From: a virus
Lineage: Duplodnaviria; Caudoviricetes
Length of the DNA stretch: 64,000 bases
Direction: 5' to 3' (one strand)
Virus record (IMG/VR): IMGVR_UViG_3300033072_000957
Location: 17,567-81,566 of that record
Part shown: positions 9,547 to 21,500 of the stretch, in pieces
Layout: every line of letters begins with the position of its first letter
Numbering within the stretch: the stretch's first letter is position 1
The notes under the pieces: model-generated
The model's input: only the letters and a program-made list of their open reading frames with translations
Told to the model about the DNA's origin: nothing
Databases searched by the model: none
Translations under genes and position numbers: made by a program

Positions 9547-12500
9547 TTAAAATCCTCCACTACAAACTCCTGAAGATGTGAACATTCCAAATGAATTTAT
9601 TGTTCCATATACAGTACCATCAGAATAATAATCACTACTATTTCCAACTATTGTTTGTCCTATACTATTAGTGTAATAATATCCATTTACCAATGTAGTC
9701 ATTATTGGATGATATACAAACGCTCCACTAGTTAAATAAACATCGCAAGCATCTTGACCGCTCACAAAACTAACCCCAACCGCTATCGGATTTAAACCCG
9801 TTCCATTTGTTGGTGTTATTGTTGGTGTTGGTGATGGGGATACTCCACATTCTGTTATTGTATAACCACCAACGATATTTATTGCCTTAATTGCTGCAGT
9901 ATCAATGTATAGTGCCGAACTACAAGGACAAGGACATCCAGGGGAACCGTCAACTTGTGAGTCTGTATAGACACTTACCGTGTGTCCCGTAGACCCTGAA
10001 TTTATTGTGAAAGTTCCTGTAAAAATTCCACCACCACCATAAGATGTGGTAGTACCTGTAAACACAATATCAAAAGTTGTTGGTGAATTTATTTGATTAC
10101 CATTTGTATCTTTTAATATAAATGTATAAACTTCTTCAGTATCATAATAACCAGGACAATCTAGAGATGCGTATGAATTAGTTGCAACTGTATATTGATA
10201 ACAGAATGCAGTTGCCGGTGTTACAGTTACTGTAGGTGTTACTGTCGGTGTTTGTGTAAGTGTTATTGTTGGTGTTTGTGTGACAGTTGGTGTTGGTGTT
10301 GGTGATTCATAATTAGGACTTTGTGTTGGTGTCTGCGTAACCGTTACCGACGGTGTAACTGTTGGTGTTTGTGTGACAGTTGGTGTTGGTGTTTGCGTAA
10401 CTGTGTTAGTTACTGTTATAGTTGGAGTAACTGTCGGTGTAATTGTGTGTGTTGGTGTTACCGTAATAGTTGGTGTAGGTGTAGGTGTTGGTATACCAAA
10501 ATCAAATTCTAATTGAATTAAAAAATTGAAAGACTTCATCACCGTACAACTATGTGGACCATATTTGTAAGATTTAAATCTAACTTTCTCAATCCCGTTT
10601 TCATCGACAAAAAATTCATACGATAATAATGGTAATAAAGTGGTGCCGGTAATTCCTGAATAATTTATACTTTGTCCATATTCAGTATCTTTACCCACAT
10701 TATTTGGCGTGAAAGGTAATGACGTTGTGCCTGTGTACGCATATGTAGTATTAATATATTGTGTTGCACCTGTTATTGCATTTTTCCACAAATATTTTAG
10801 TTTAGTATAATCGGGGCTAAATGAACCACCTCCATCATAAACTCTTGCATTACCAGTATTTGATGTGTTACCGCTAAGTAATGCATACGTTGTGGATTGA
10901 CTACCACTTCCAGCATATCTCACTCCATCCAATTCAAAAACAGGATAGAATTTAACCCAACCATCTTTTTCGTAATCTAATCCAAAATAATTTTCTAATG
11001 TGACTCCACTATATAAATCTACTGTTAATTCTTCTTCAAAATAATCATAGCTCGGGTCATTAGGTTCAGGATAAACGTCATCTATCATTTCAAATATTTG
11101 ACAAGGTTTTCTATGTCTATATTTTGAACGACCGAATTTATGATTCTCGATAATGTTACCACCAGTCCATAATGTTGTTGATGGGATTATCTGGTCTAAT
11201 ACCTGTACCCAATATGGACTCATCTTTTCAATGAATTGATTTACTAAAACAAAATCATATGATGTGAAACCTGTGTGAGTACTTGTAATATAATCTCTAA
11301 AAATATCTTCTAAGTCAATATAATTGTTTCTATATTTTACAGTATTAGAATGTTTAATCGTATTACTTAATGCAGTGTTTAGATATTCTTCAAAAGTATA
11401 TCCTGTTTGTGGGTGTAAACTATTCGTACCAAAAGTTAATTCTAAATCTCTTGATTGTCTATAAATGTCATACTCAACCGCTTGTGATGGTGATAAATAA
11501 ATGCTGATATTTTTTCTATTTAATACCAATGCACTATTTTCATTATCAGAAATGATTTTTTTATTATCAACTCTTGATGAAATATCAAAACCATAATCTA
11601 ATCCTGGTAATGTTCTAAAATTATCAAAATAGTCTTCACCATATGTGTATCCTTTTGATTTTGTTTTTAAGGTTTTAGTTCTTCCCGATGTAATTGAATT
11701 GTCAATATCTAAAATATCTGGTGACCTATGGTCTAATGTTAAATCATACCAACCGGCACCTTTTTGGAAAAATATATCACTACTTAAATTAGTAACCTTT
11801 CTTGGTAAATTATTATCATCAATAGGATAATCTTCTCTACTTAATGTTGTTGAACCTGTTGTGGTTCCCGTTGCATAACTATACGTACTTTCAGTAAATC
11901 CTGTTGCAACAACATCTATTTTAGAACCTTGTATTAAATTATATAAATCATCTTGAACTGCTGAACTTGGTATTGATTTAACATCATATACATATTCGTT
12001 AATCTTTATCATAGGTTCAGGTGCACCTAAGAATCTTAAAAAGAATTCAATAGATTGTCTTGTACCTTTTGATTTATATATGTAAGATAAATTAACTAAT
12101 AATCTTCTATAAAATTCATATTCGGCTTCGACTTGGTTTTTACCAATTGTTAAACCTGAATAAGTTGTTTCTTGTCTATTATATACACTATCCTCAATTG
12201 TTTTTTCATCAAACAAATTGATAGTACTTAATCCTAAGTTTTCTGCTAAATTTTTTAAAAGTAAATCAGGAACGTTATTGATACCGTCATAACTAACGTG
12301 TCTCATAAACGCAATATTGTCAATGTACTTTTTTACTCTATCAAAATTTTGTCCATATAATTGGAAGATAGCTTCAGATTTTTTATCATCTGTATCAAAT
12401 TCAAATAATTGTGGTGCAGTTAAAAATCTAACAACTAAATTAGATTTGTAGTCGTCAATTTCTTCCGCTAAAGAACTTAAGTTATCAATATATTCTTGAT

Positions 12501-13425
12501 AATCTAACCCTGTCGTTTGTAGATTCCAACCATCTTTTGTTAAAGGCCAATTAACTTCTACCGATACGATATCAGTAAATGTTCCGTCAGAATTATCTCT
12601 CGGAACTTTAAAACTTGCTTGGTATTTTGGATTTGTTTCTCTGTTTAATAATTGACTTTCTAAATCGTCTAAACTATCAAAAAATTCTTCTGTTACACCA
12701 TTATTTGGTCTAATTAAAAAAGTATCTGTTACTCCGGTATATTCGCCGAATGGTTTTCCATCAACTGTTAAAATTAAGTTTGTTGTATCTGTTGGTTCAA
12801 CATATGATAGAATGTTATATGTTTTACCACTATATTCTAAAATATACTTTGTGTAAGTTGAGAAAAAATTTCTAAAATTATTTTCAACTTCAGGTAGTGT
12901 GTTACTAATTGGTTGTGATAAAACAATATCAAATGGATTATATAATATAGATTTCTCTATTTCAAATTGTGTGCTTTTTGAAACGTCACTATATGAAATA
13001 TTTTGAGCAGTGTAATCTGAAACTTTAATTGGTGTGTCTGCATCAACTTGCATCGCGGCAGGAAATCTTTTTACAATATTCGCAATTGATACCGCAATTC
13101 TTTGTTTTAAAGAACCAAATAATGACCTTCCCGCATCATCTTTACCACCTCTAAATTTTATTTTTTCTTTTCTTTGTACCGTTCCATCAGTTAATGTTAC
13201 AACTGATTCGTCTTTTTCTTGTTTTAACTCATCTAAAGTTAAAAAGTCCGAAAATGGTGCGGTTTTAAAATTTTTGTTATCTCTTTCAGGTACTACTCTA
13301 TCTAATGTAAAACTTGTATTGGTCAATTGACTAGTACCATCGGTAATTTGTACACCGACTAAACTATCACTAAATGTTTGTCCCCCTGTTGCTGCCTGAC
13401 TTGGTACTTTTGTATATTTTGCCAT
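9547..13425 (-). CDS. Large baseplate wedge protein (gp7/tail-I-like core) with C-terminal Thr/Pro linker
   Basis: LLKNLAENLG...YKSKGTRQSIEFFLRFLG motif typical of wedge proteins; PT repeats near the C-terminus. Confidence 0.6.
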   Translation of the reverse strand: MAKYTKVPSQAATGGQTFSDSLVGVQITDGTSQLTNTSFTLDRVVPERDNKNFKTAPFSDFLTLDELKQEKDESVVTLTDGTVQRKEKIKFRGGKDDAGRSLFGSLKQRIAVSIANIVKRFPAAMQVDADTPIKVSDYTAQNISYSDVSKSTQFEIEKSILYNPFDIVLSQPISNTLPEVENNFRNFFSTYTKYILEYSGKTYNILSYVEPTDTTNLILTVDGKPFGEYTGVTDTFLIRPNNGVTEEFFDSLDDLESQLLNRETNPKYQASFKVPRDNSDGTFTDIVSVEVNWPLTKDGWNLQTTGLDYQEYIDNLSSLAEEIDDYKSNLVVRFLTAPQLFEFDTDDKKSEAIFQLYGQNFDRVKKYIDNIAFMRHVSYDGINNVPDLLLKNLAENLGLSTINLFDEKTIEDSVYNRQETTYSGLTIGKNQVEAEYEFYRRLLVNLSYIYKSKGTRQSIEFFLRFLGAPEPMIKINEYVYDVKSIPSSAVQDDLYNLIQGSKIDVVATGFTESTYSYATGTTTGSTTLSREDYPIDDNNLPRKVTNLSSDIFFQKGAGWYDLTLDHRSPDILDIDNSITSGRTKTLKTKSKGYTYGEDYFDNFRTLPGLDYGFDISSRVDNKKIISDNENSALVLNRKNISIYLSPSQAVEYDIYRQSRDLELTFGTNSLHPQTGYTFEEYLNTALSNTIKHSNTVKYRNNYIDLEDIFRDYITSTHTGFTSYDFVLVNQFIEKMSPYWVQVLDQIIPSTTLWTGGNIIENHKFGRSKYRHRKPCQIFEMIDDVYPEPNDPSYDYFEEELTVDLYSGVTLENYFGLDYEKDGWVKFYPVFELDGVRYAGSGSQSTTYALLSGNTSNTGNARVYDGGGSFSPDYTKLKYLWKNAITGATQYINTTYAYTGTTSLPFTPNNVGKDTEYGQSINYSGITGTTLLPLLSYEFFVDENGIEKVRFKSYKYGPHSCTVMKSFNFLIQLEFDFGIPTPTPTPTITVTPTHTITPTVTPTITVTNTVTQTPTPTVTQTPTVTPSVTVTQTPTQSPNYESPTPTPTVTQTPTITLTQTPTVTPTVTVTPATAFCYQYTVATNSYASLDCPGYYDTEEVYTFILKDTNGNQINSPTTFDIVFTGTTTSYGGGGIFTGTFTINSGSTGHTVSVYTDSQVDGSPGCPCPCSSALYIDTAAIKAINIVGGYTITECGVSPSPTPTITPTNGTGLNPIAVGVSFVSGQDACDVYLTSGAFVYHPIMTTLVNGYYYTNSIGQTIVGNSSDYYSDGTVYGTINSFGMFTSSGVCSGGF
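10215..10492 (-). repeat. Coding Thr/Pro tandem repeat (TPT[IV]T[VPQ]-type, about 18-nt period)
   Basis: Degenerate gttggtgt/gtaac units encoding PTPTPTITVTPT... Confidence 0.9.
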
Positions 13426-14345
13426 TATAAGTTTGTAATATTATCGAATCCTAAAGTTTCATCTGTAGTATCTCTTTCCTCTCTAACCTCATACAACGTT
13501 TCATTAAATTCATCCTTAACTTCATATAAGTTGTATTGTTTGTAGATATTATTATCCTTATCGTAGATAGTGTAGATACCCGGAGTAATTGCTTTAGTTT
13601 GATTACCGTAAAGAGCGTGTGCCAATGTACTTGCATCGTGCTCAACCATTTCTACTTCAACAGTTGTTGGATTGAAATAGGTGTTAGTTAAAATAATACT
13701 CTGACCAGGTTCACCAATAAACGGAACGGAATTAGGTCTACTTGATGGTGCTGAACTCGGTGTTAATGTTAAAAACAACAAATTAGTTGCTTGGTCTGTA
13801 TATTGATAACGTATCGCCTTGTCTGACGTATTTGTTAAATTTGAAACAATAGGTGAACAATAAAATGACGATGTTACCACTCTGTAAAAATTTGGTATTT
13901 TTCTACTATTTGTTGGATTTATATACTCAACTCTATATCCTACCAATCCTTGTGGTGTAAATCTATTTCTCTCAGCCGTGGCAACATTTGTTAAATCAAT
14001 TATCAATCCTCTTACTGACGGTAATGATGCTAAAATTCCACAATCTGTAATTGTTGTTCTAATTTGCTTTGGTCGAATGTGTAAAGTGTATATTCCTAAT
14101 TCTGAAAAATCCTCAGCTTTTAATTTTAAATTATAAAGTCCACCTAATAACTCAACATTCTGAGCACTTGTGGCTGTGGTTGTGTTAGCGTTGTGGTATA
14201 TTGGAGTCAATATTTGCTCAGCATCTAACTTGGTTAAAGTTACTCCCGCAGTTGCGGTTCTACCAGATGTATAATGGTAAAAAATTTCAACGTCCGCTGG
14301 TGAAACGTCTGCCGGTCTAACTATACCATAACTTCCTACTGCCAT
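13425..14345 (-). CDS. Conserved-looking virion/baseplate protein, function unknown
   Basis: 306-aa ORF translationally coupled to the wedge gene; TATTTATT motif upstream. Confidence 0.7.
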   Translation of the reverse strand: MAVGSYGIVRPADVSPADVEIFYHYTSGRTATAGVTLTKLDAEQILTPIYHNANTTTATSAQNVELLGGLYNLKLKAEDFSELGIYTLHIRPKQIRTTITDCGILASLPSVRGLIIDLTNVATAERNRFTPQGLVGYRVEYINPTNSRKIPNFYRVVTSSFYCSPIVSNLTNTSDKAIRYQYTDQATNLLFLTLTPSSAPSSRPNSVPFIGEPGQSIILTNTYFNPTTVEVEMVEHDASTLAHALYGNQTKAITPGIYTIYDKDNNIYKQYNLYEVKDEFNETLYEVREERDTTDETLGFDNITNL

Positions 14346-14370
14346 ATTCTTTTAATTAATAAATATAATT

Positions 14371-14877
14371 TTATTGTTTTTTCACTTTAAAATATCCATT
14401 TCCATAGACACTTAATTCACCCATATTATCAACCTCACCTAATCTGAAGTTAACCTCCATTACTCCCTGCTTACCTCTTTCAACATAAACGTCCGAATAA
14501 ATTGTTGGTTGTTCAACAAATCCCAAGAAATGTTCATTTCTCGTTAACATTCTTTCAAAAACTTCTTCTTTTGTAAAATTCGCAGTATTACCTGTTAATA
14601 GTGTATAACCATCGGGAAAATCTCTATAACTTACATTATCAATTGTGTATCCCGTATATTCACTTGTTATTGTAATACCCGTGTATGAATTTTGACCATA
14701 TTTTTTAAGTTCGGATATTTTACTTTGACCTATACCTAAAAAATACGTTGTACCTGTAAATGTGGTATAACCCGTATTGTTTGTATAGTCTAAATCATTT
14801 AAATAACTTTGTGTTATTCCTGATTCGGGACTACTATAAGGTATTGTAAATTCAATTTCTCCGAAATATGTGGCCAT
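14371..14877 (-). CDS. Hypothetical structural protein
   Basis: 168-aa ORF, Thr/Gly/Tyr-rich, in baseplate block. Confidence 0.7.
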   Translation of the reverse strand: MATYFGEIEFTIPYSSPESGITQSYLNDLDYTNNTGYTTFTGTTYFLGIGQSKISELKKYGQNSYTGITITSEYTGYTIDNVSYRDFPDGYTLLTGNTANFTKEEVFERMLTRNEHFLGFVEQPTIYSDVYVERGKQGVMEVNFRLGEVDNMGELSVYGNGYFKVKKQ

Positions 14878-14954
14878 TTTATATTATTCTACACTAGTAA
14901 ATATCTTTACATAGTTTTTGATTAATATAAACAATAATTTAAACTAAATAAATG

Positions 14955-15551
14955 TTAGCAGTCGGTGAAATTTAATTGGGTAGATTTACCCGTCATATTG
15001 ACACTTCCACCATATTGTGTGGTTGTATATGTGAAAGAATAGGTTCCTGCGGTTGTCAAATATAAAGAACCTGAATAACTTCCTGTAGATGGTGCGTTAA
15101 CAACAACCGATGTTGGTGACGGGTTTGGTGTTCCGTTTGTACCGTAAACCTCTAATTCGGAACTTAGGGTTGCATTTCCATCTTCAGTTAAATAATTTAA
15201 AACTAATTCAATTTTTGGTTCTGAATTAAATACGATAATATTAACGCTTTCTTGATTTGTGCAATTTTCAGAATTACTTCCCGCAATTGCAGAATAATCG
15301 CCACAATTTATATTATTAATTTGATAACCGTCTAATAATGTAGTTCTAGAAACTCCTGTTGCAATTGTTCTTCCCGTTACAAAATTATCAAATAAACCTA
15401 TAGTACCTAAAACGGTACCCGTTCCATTATGTGGATTGGTTCCTGATGTAATGGATAAACCTGTCGATGTTGCATTATTTACTACTATTGTAAAATTATC
15501 AACACTTGGTGACGTAGTTCCCGTAAATTTTATAACGATATTTTTAGACAT
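14955..15551 (-). CDS. Putative fibre/decoration protein (paralog 1)
   Basis: Thr/Ser/Gly-rich; ATGVSRTTLLDGYQINNINCGD shared with next gene. Confidence 0.65.
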   Translation of the reverse strand: MSKNIVIKFTGTTSPSVDNFTIVVNNATSTGLSITSGTNPHNGTGTVLGTIGLFDNFVTGRTIATGVSRTTLLDGYQINNINCGDYSAIAGSNSENCTNQESVNIIVFNSEPKIELVLNYLTEDGNATLSSELEVYGTNGTPNPSPTSVVVNAPSTGSYSGSLYLTTAGTYSFTYTTTQYGGSVNMTGKSTQLNFTDC

Positions 15552-15554
15552 TTA

Positions 15555-16241
15555 TTATACGGGGTCTATTGAATTACATCCGGGATTATATGTCAGTCTA
15601 GCGCTTTTACCTGTCGTACTCGAACCCGTCCAAGTTATTACAAATTGAATCGCGTATGTCCCTGTAAAAATAGTGTTACCGCTGAATAAATTAAATCCTC
15701 CTGTGGTTGATGAAGTTCCTGTTGGTTGAGTCACAGATGACGTTTGTAAAGTTGGGTATTGTGTTAAAGCTTCTCCTGACGTACCTGAATAATATAAAGT
15801 CGCGGTAACCGTTTCGGTGCTTGAATATATTGGGTTTTGTGCTTGAATTGTAATACTTGGTGTGTTAGTTACATATAAAATTTCCTTTATTGCACTTGAG
15901 CTACACTGACCTGTACTTGTAATACTTAATACTCTATCTCCACAAGCAATTCCATTAATTTGATATCCTGATGATATTGATGGTGTTCCGGTTCTTTGTA
16001 CACCTGTTGCTATTGTGGTTGCTGCTCCATTAGTATCGTTAAAAACTTTTAATGTTCCTCTCCAAGTCGTTCCATTCGAGTCTGTGGGTGTACATAATAT
16101 GGTTTGTACACCATCATAATTCGGTCCACTAGTTCTTGTAAAAGTACCTTCAGAGTAGTTCTGTTTGGTAATAGTAAAAGGACCGGCAACCGCCGATGGG
16201 GTTGGACTTGCACTAAAACTTATTTGTATATCTCTAGCCAT
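15555..16241 (-). CDS. Putative fibre/decoration protein (paralog 2)
   Basis: ATGVQRTG...SGYQINGIACGD; N-terminal GPFTI motif. Confidence 0.65.
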   Translation of the reverse strand: MARDIQISFSASPTPSAVAGPFTITKQNYSEGTFTRTSGPNYDGVQTILCTPTDSNGTTWRGTLKVFNDTNGAATTIATGVQRTGTPSISSGYQINGIACGDRVLSITSTGQCSSSAIKEILYVTNTPSITIQAQNPIYSSTETVTATLYYSGTSGEALTQYPTLQTSSVTQPTGTSSTTGGFNLFSGNTIFTGTYAIQFVITWTGSSTTGKSARLTYNPGCNSIDPV

Positions 16242-16272
16242 AATTGTTATATTTTATAAATATTATATTTTT

Positions 16273-17766
16273 TTAAAGTAAATTTGAAACATAACCATAG
16301 AATTGGTAAGTGTGATTACCACTCTCCGCTAATTGTATCACAGGTGAATCAATGTATTGACCATCCGCACCATTTGGATTATAATCATATCCTGGAATTC
16401 CGAAATCTTCAGACCATTCTACTTGTGCCTTTATACTACTTGACGATGCTGAAGACCTAGTAACTCTAGCATAGTAATAATAACCCGGAGTACCATAAAC
16501 AGATATTGGTGATCCTGAAGTATTTTTACTTGTCACAAATGTAAATGTAACATTATCAGAAGATTGATAAAGTGCAATACTACCTTGTGTCGCTGGTGCT
16601 AAAACTAAACTTAATTGAATTGGGAACTGTGATGTTGGTGAACAAGGACTTAATCCGCTCGGTGGTGTTGCATAATAGTTACAACCGTATGCATCTAAAT
16701 AATATCCTTGATATGGTGTCACCGTTGGTGTTATTGTTGGTGTAACAGTTGGTGTTTTGGTAACTGTCGGCGTAATAGTAGTTGTCGGTGTAATACTAAT
16801 AGTTGGTGTTACTGTTGGCGTTTTTGTAACCGTAGGTGTAACTGTAACTGTTGGCGTTTGCGTTAATGTTATAGTTGGCGTTTGTGTAACAGTTGGTGTT
16901 GGTGTAGGTGTAAGGATTGTAACGTCAATTCCAAAATTACAATATGGAGTTGGTGTAGGTGTTTGAGTTACTGTTGGGGTAACTGTAGTTGTTGGTGTAA
17001 TTGAAATTGTAGGTGTAATGGTTGGCGTTTGTGTTCTTGTTGGCGTAACCGTATTGGTAGGTGTTATAGTCGGTGTTAAACTTATTGTTGGTGTAACAGT
17101 TGGTGTCTTAGTAACTGTTGGCGTTAAAGTGATAGTTGGTGTAATAGAAATAGTAGGTGTAATGGTTGGTGTTATCGAAATAGTAGGAGTTACTGTTACA
17201 GTTGGTGTAATTGTAGGTGTTTGTGTAACTGTAGGCGTAACAGTTGATGTTTGAGTAACTGTTGGTGTTGGGGTTGGTGTTAATATTGTTACATCAATAC
17301 CAAAATCACAATATGGTGATGGAGTTACAGTTGGAGTAATTGTAGATGTTACCGTTACTGTAGGTGTTACCGTTACTGTAGGTGTTACCGTTACTGTTGG
17401 TGTAATAGTTGGTGTAATTGTAGGTGTTACTGTTACAGTTGGTGTAATAGTTGGCGTAATTGTAGGTGTCTGTGTAACAGTTGGTGTAGGTGTTGGTGTT
17501 CTTGTTTCAAGAGTTATAGTGTATGGTATATTAAGACCATTTACTTTATTTACTACAATAATACTTGAGGAACCATCGGGTATAATAATTGGAACTCCTG
17601 TTTCACCATTATTATCAATCGTTAAATCGTGATATGTTAAATCTTGAGCATATTGGTTGTTATCGTATCTAATGGCAAGATTCGATGAGCTAACACTATC
17701 GTGGTAGATATCATAAGGACCTGGTGAGGTTCCTGACTGTAATTCTATGTAAAAATATCTTGCCAT
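16273..17766 (-). CDS. Thr/Pro-linker fibre-like protein
   Basis: N-terminal [11 protein letters not shown] domain, about 260 aa of PT repeats with two YC[DN]FGIDVTIL blocks, C-terminal beta-rich domain. Confidence 0.75.
   Translation of the reverse strand: MARYFYIELQSGTSPGPYDIYHDSVSSSNLAIRYDNNQYAQDLTYHDLTIDNNGETGVPIIIPDGSSSIIVVNKVNGLNIPYTITLETRTPTPTPTVTQTPTITPTITPTVTVTPTITPTITPTVTVTPTVTVTPTVTVTSTITPTVTPSPYCDFGIDVTILTPTPTPTVTQTSTVTPTVTQTPTITPTVTVTPTISITPTITPTISITPTITLTPTVTKTPTVTPTISLTPTITPTNTVTPTRTQTPTITPTISITPTTTVTPTVTQTPTPTPYCNFGIDVTILTPTPTPTVTQTPTITLTQTPTVTVTPTVTKTPTVTPTISITPTTTITPTVTKTPTVTPTITPTVTPYQGYYLDAYGCNYYATPPSGLSPCSPTSQFPIQLSLVLAPATQGSIALYQSSDNVTFTFVTSKNTSGSPISVYGTPGYYYYARVTRSSASSSSIKAQVEWSEDFGIPGYDYNPNGADGQYIDSPVIQLAESGNHTYQFYGYVSNLL
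16720..17500 (-). repeat. Coding Thr/Pro tandem repeat
   Basis: TPT[IV]T[PV] hexapeptide array with synonymous variation. Confidence 0.9.
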
Positions 17767-17775
17767 TTATTATAA

Positions 17776-18525
17776 TTACTGATTTATTAGATTGTAATTT
17801 TCTTCAATATTTAAAACATAATCAACTTCAGATTCACCCACAAAAACCTTGTCGGTATACACAAAGAGTTTATTTTCGCCATCATCAAATATTGAAGATT
17901 TATATATGTTTGTTTGATTATCACTCTCAATTTTATTTACAATGTTTGTATCTAAATCAATTACAAAAGTTTTAAAATTGTCATCAGATTGTCCTGTAAA
18001 TAAAATTTTGTTTTGGTCAAAAACGGGTATTATTCTAACAATATTTTGTGTATACGGAGAACAGTCAAATATCACTGTATCATTCATTAAAATATCGTCA
18101 CTTTTAACATCTAAAATATATTTTTCATTTTTTACAAACCCAGTTCTTACTCTATCTTTTATTATTAAATTTGTCACATTTTTGGTTTCAAAATCAAAAT
18201 CACCTTGAACTAAAAAATATTTTAAGGGCTCTTGGTCTACCATTTTGTGTGCACCAATTACATAACTTATTTTATTTTCATACAAATATCCATTACATTC
18301 AGCAATAACCTCATAATTTTCATTTTCATATGTTATCGTATTCGGAGTATTAATTGTTGATTTTATATAATTTGAATCTAAAATTGATAATTTCCAATAA
18401 TCTTCAGATGCATCATCCTCACCAAATTTAAAATTAAATCTTTGGTTTGTAAATTCACTAACAATGATATTGATTTCATTATTATGTTTAAAAATATACG
18501 GCTGATGTAAATTTTGTATTTTCAT
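17776..18525 (-). CDS. Hypothetical protein (very AT-rich, Asn/Ile/Lys/Asp-rich)
   Basis: 249-aa ORF tightly packed between fibre genes. Confidence 0.7.
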   Translation of the reverse strand: MKIQNLHQPYIFKHNNEINIIVSEFTNQRFNFKFGEDDASEDYWKLSILDSNYIKSTINTPNTITYENENYEVIAECNGYLYENKISYVIGAHKMVDQEPLKYFLVQGDFDFETKNVTNLIIKDRVRTGFVKNEKYILDVKSDDILMNDTVIFDCSPYTQNIVRIIPVFDQNKILFTGQSDDNFKTFVIDLDTNIVNKIESDNQTNIYKSSIFDDGENKLFVYTDKVFVGESEVDYVLNIEENYNLINQ

Positions 18526-18529
18526 TATT

Positions 18530-21500
18530 TTATGTATTATACGGTGCTATTGTAAATTTATTACCTTCATATGTATTCAATGCAGTTGGTAATGCGGTTA
18601 AAACATTTGATGGGAAGTGTCTAACCGGTCCACCATTTTGTGTTGTCCATTGGTCTATAATATAGAATTGTTGTGAACTACAATTCCAAACAATTATTCT
18701 CATATATCCAGGATATGGGTGTTTAGGTGGGGTAAATGTACTTGGTAACCCTGTTAATGTTTTTGTTGTTGGATCATATTCACCTGATGGATATTGGAAA
18801 TTATAATATCCCGTCTCATACATAAACCATTTCCATCCTGTTGTTGTGTTTCCATTTCTTAAACTAAGATTAGACCCTCCCGCACAATAATTTATTGTAT
18901 TTTTTGTTGGTGTTACAGTTGGTGTAGGTGTCGGTGGTATTGTTGGACAACTTATTGTGAAATAATATGAATCTCCTAACTGTGTACTTGGGTTTTCAGG
19001 TCCTACCTCAACTCTCATTTCGTAAGTACTTCCCGTTAAATATGTGAAAGTGAAACTACCGGTAGTTCCCGTTGTATTAAGACTACCCGCAGTTCCCCAA
19101 GGTCCACTATATGTATTGTCATAACCCACCCAACCACTTGTTTGTGCTAATCCACCATTGACATATAAATTAAATCTATTTGGTCTATCATATGCACCAT
19201 ATGTTATTGTTATTGTATTACTATTAACGTAATATCCATTTGTGAAATTTAAACAATGAGTAAATGATGTATATGTACTATTGTTATATGAATTAGTTAT
19301 TGTATCATAACATCTGTTTTCACAGCTTACAGGGAAAAACTCTCTAGCAACAGGTACAAATGATGTATCCGGTGTTGGTGTAACAGTCGGTGTTATTGTC
19401 GGTGTTAGTGTTGGTGTAAGGCTTATTGTTGGTGTAACTGTAACTGTTGATGTAACTGTAACTGTTGGTGTTTGTGTTAATGTTATAGTTGGTGTAACAG
19501 TAAGAGTAGGTGTTGGGGTTGGTGTTAATATTGTTACGTCTATACCAAAATCACAATAAACACTTGGTGTAAGTGTAATTGTAGGTGTAATAGTTGGTGT
19601 AATAGTATTTGTTGGTGTAAATGTATTTGTTGGTGTAACTGTAACTGTTGGTGTCGGTGTCGGACAAATAAAGTCTGTTGACCAAGTTGCACCATTATCA
19701 GATGATTTATAAAGTTTTGTATTATCAACAATCATAACTTTAGTACCATCAAAAGAAGTTGCTACACCATTGAACTTACTTGATGGGCTTGCAGTCATTT
19801 TATCAACCTTACCATATATTGAAGGTGCTAAAGGTATATATCTACCAATTCTGTAGGCGTTGTCATTGTTTTCACCGGTAATTACTACTTTAGGTACGTG
19901 GTCATCAGAAACGTGACCGTCTCTAATCATATAACTTCTCTTACCTTCAAATGACGTATCAATTTGATCCCAAAGTTTTTGAGGATATCCCGAACCTGAT
20001 GTTGCCTCTTCTAGACTTGTCCAAGAAATACCATAATTTGTTGAGTAGTATAAGAAATTCCAATCATAGTAATCATATCCACTACTGTTTGCATAATAGT
20101 GGAACGCCGCCAATTGATAACTACCGTCTGGTGATACTTTAACATCTGAATAATGATTACCTTGTGAACCAACTCCTGTATTTGTAAATTCTGCACCATA
20201 ATTTTGTGATATGTATATGGCACCTGAATAACTGTGCATCATATTACCAGTATAGTCACTAAATTCAAGTGGTATACCTGCAACTACCGTTTGATATAAA
20301 CCATTATTTGAAATTGAAACCGATGTGAAGTTTTTACTGTATCCTCCTGCCGGTGTTATTTTTGTCCAAGTAACGCCATAATCTGATGATTTAAATATTT
20401 CACCTTTATTATTATATGTATCAAAACCTGATGTTGTTCTAAAATCTCCACGAGTTGCGGTCATATATTGACCTGAATATGAAATTGAAATACTTGTCCA
20501 GTTTTTCTCTCCATTATTTGATGAAGTACTAGCACCATATGATGAGCTATCAGCAGCAAATTGGGTTGTTAATTTTGTCCAACTACTACCATAATCTGAT
20601 GATTTATACAAATAACCACTATAACCATTAAGTCTTTCACCATTCCAAGAAGATGCAAGCATATATTGTCCGTTACCACTCACCGCCACTTTATTCCAAG
20701 TTTGAGTACCTATTGATGTTACTCTTTGGAATGTATCACCATAATCAGTTGAATATAATAAGAAACCATTCTTAATTGCGGTTACAACATACTTACCATC
20801 TATTGCAGATGCATTAGAACCATCATCTGATGCTTTGTTCATTGCAATTGCAGCATATGGTAATGAAGTACCTGTTGCCAATGTGTTACAATCAAATATT
20901 GTTGGCGTTAAAGAAATTGTTGGTGTTAGTGTTGGTGTTACTGTTGGTGTTACTGTAACCGTCGGCGTTAGTGTTGGTGTTACCGTAACCGTTGGTGTTT
21001 GTGTTAATGTTATAGTTGGTGTTGGTGATGGTACTGGATCGCCACAATTTATTTCTGATGTAAATCTACAAACATAATTGTTTGGATTTGATGTATCTAA
21101 TGTATAACCTTCTGGACAACTATAGTTCGTACAGAATCCTTCACCATATAGGGTTCCATTAGAAACCGTTCCAAAAGATATTAATGCGCCTCCATTGTTT
21201 GTAGGATGTCCATAGATTGTTCTACTTGGTAAATAATCACCTGTAGAAAAAACAATGTTTACATCATTTTCAGATGTTGCACCCGTCAATTGTGATAATG
21301 TATTATCATAAATTTCAGCAGCAAATGAACCAACAGAACTTCTATTATAATTTATTAATTCAACTACATTTGGACCTGCCGATAATGTGACAGGATATAT
21401 GTGCCAATATTTAAAGTTTGCTTGTGGTTGATTATTTGGTTGGTCAATAATAATATTTCCATCAACCTTTATTGTTACATCATTATCACCGGCAATACCA

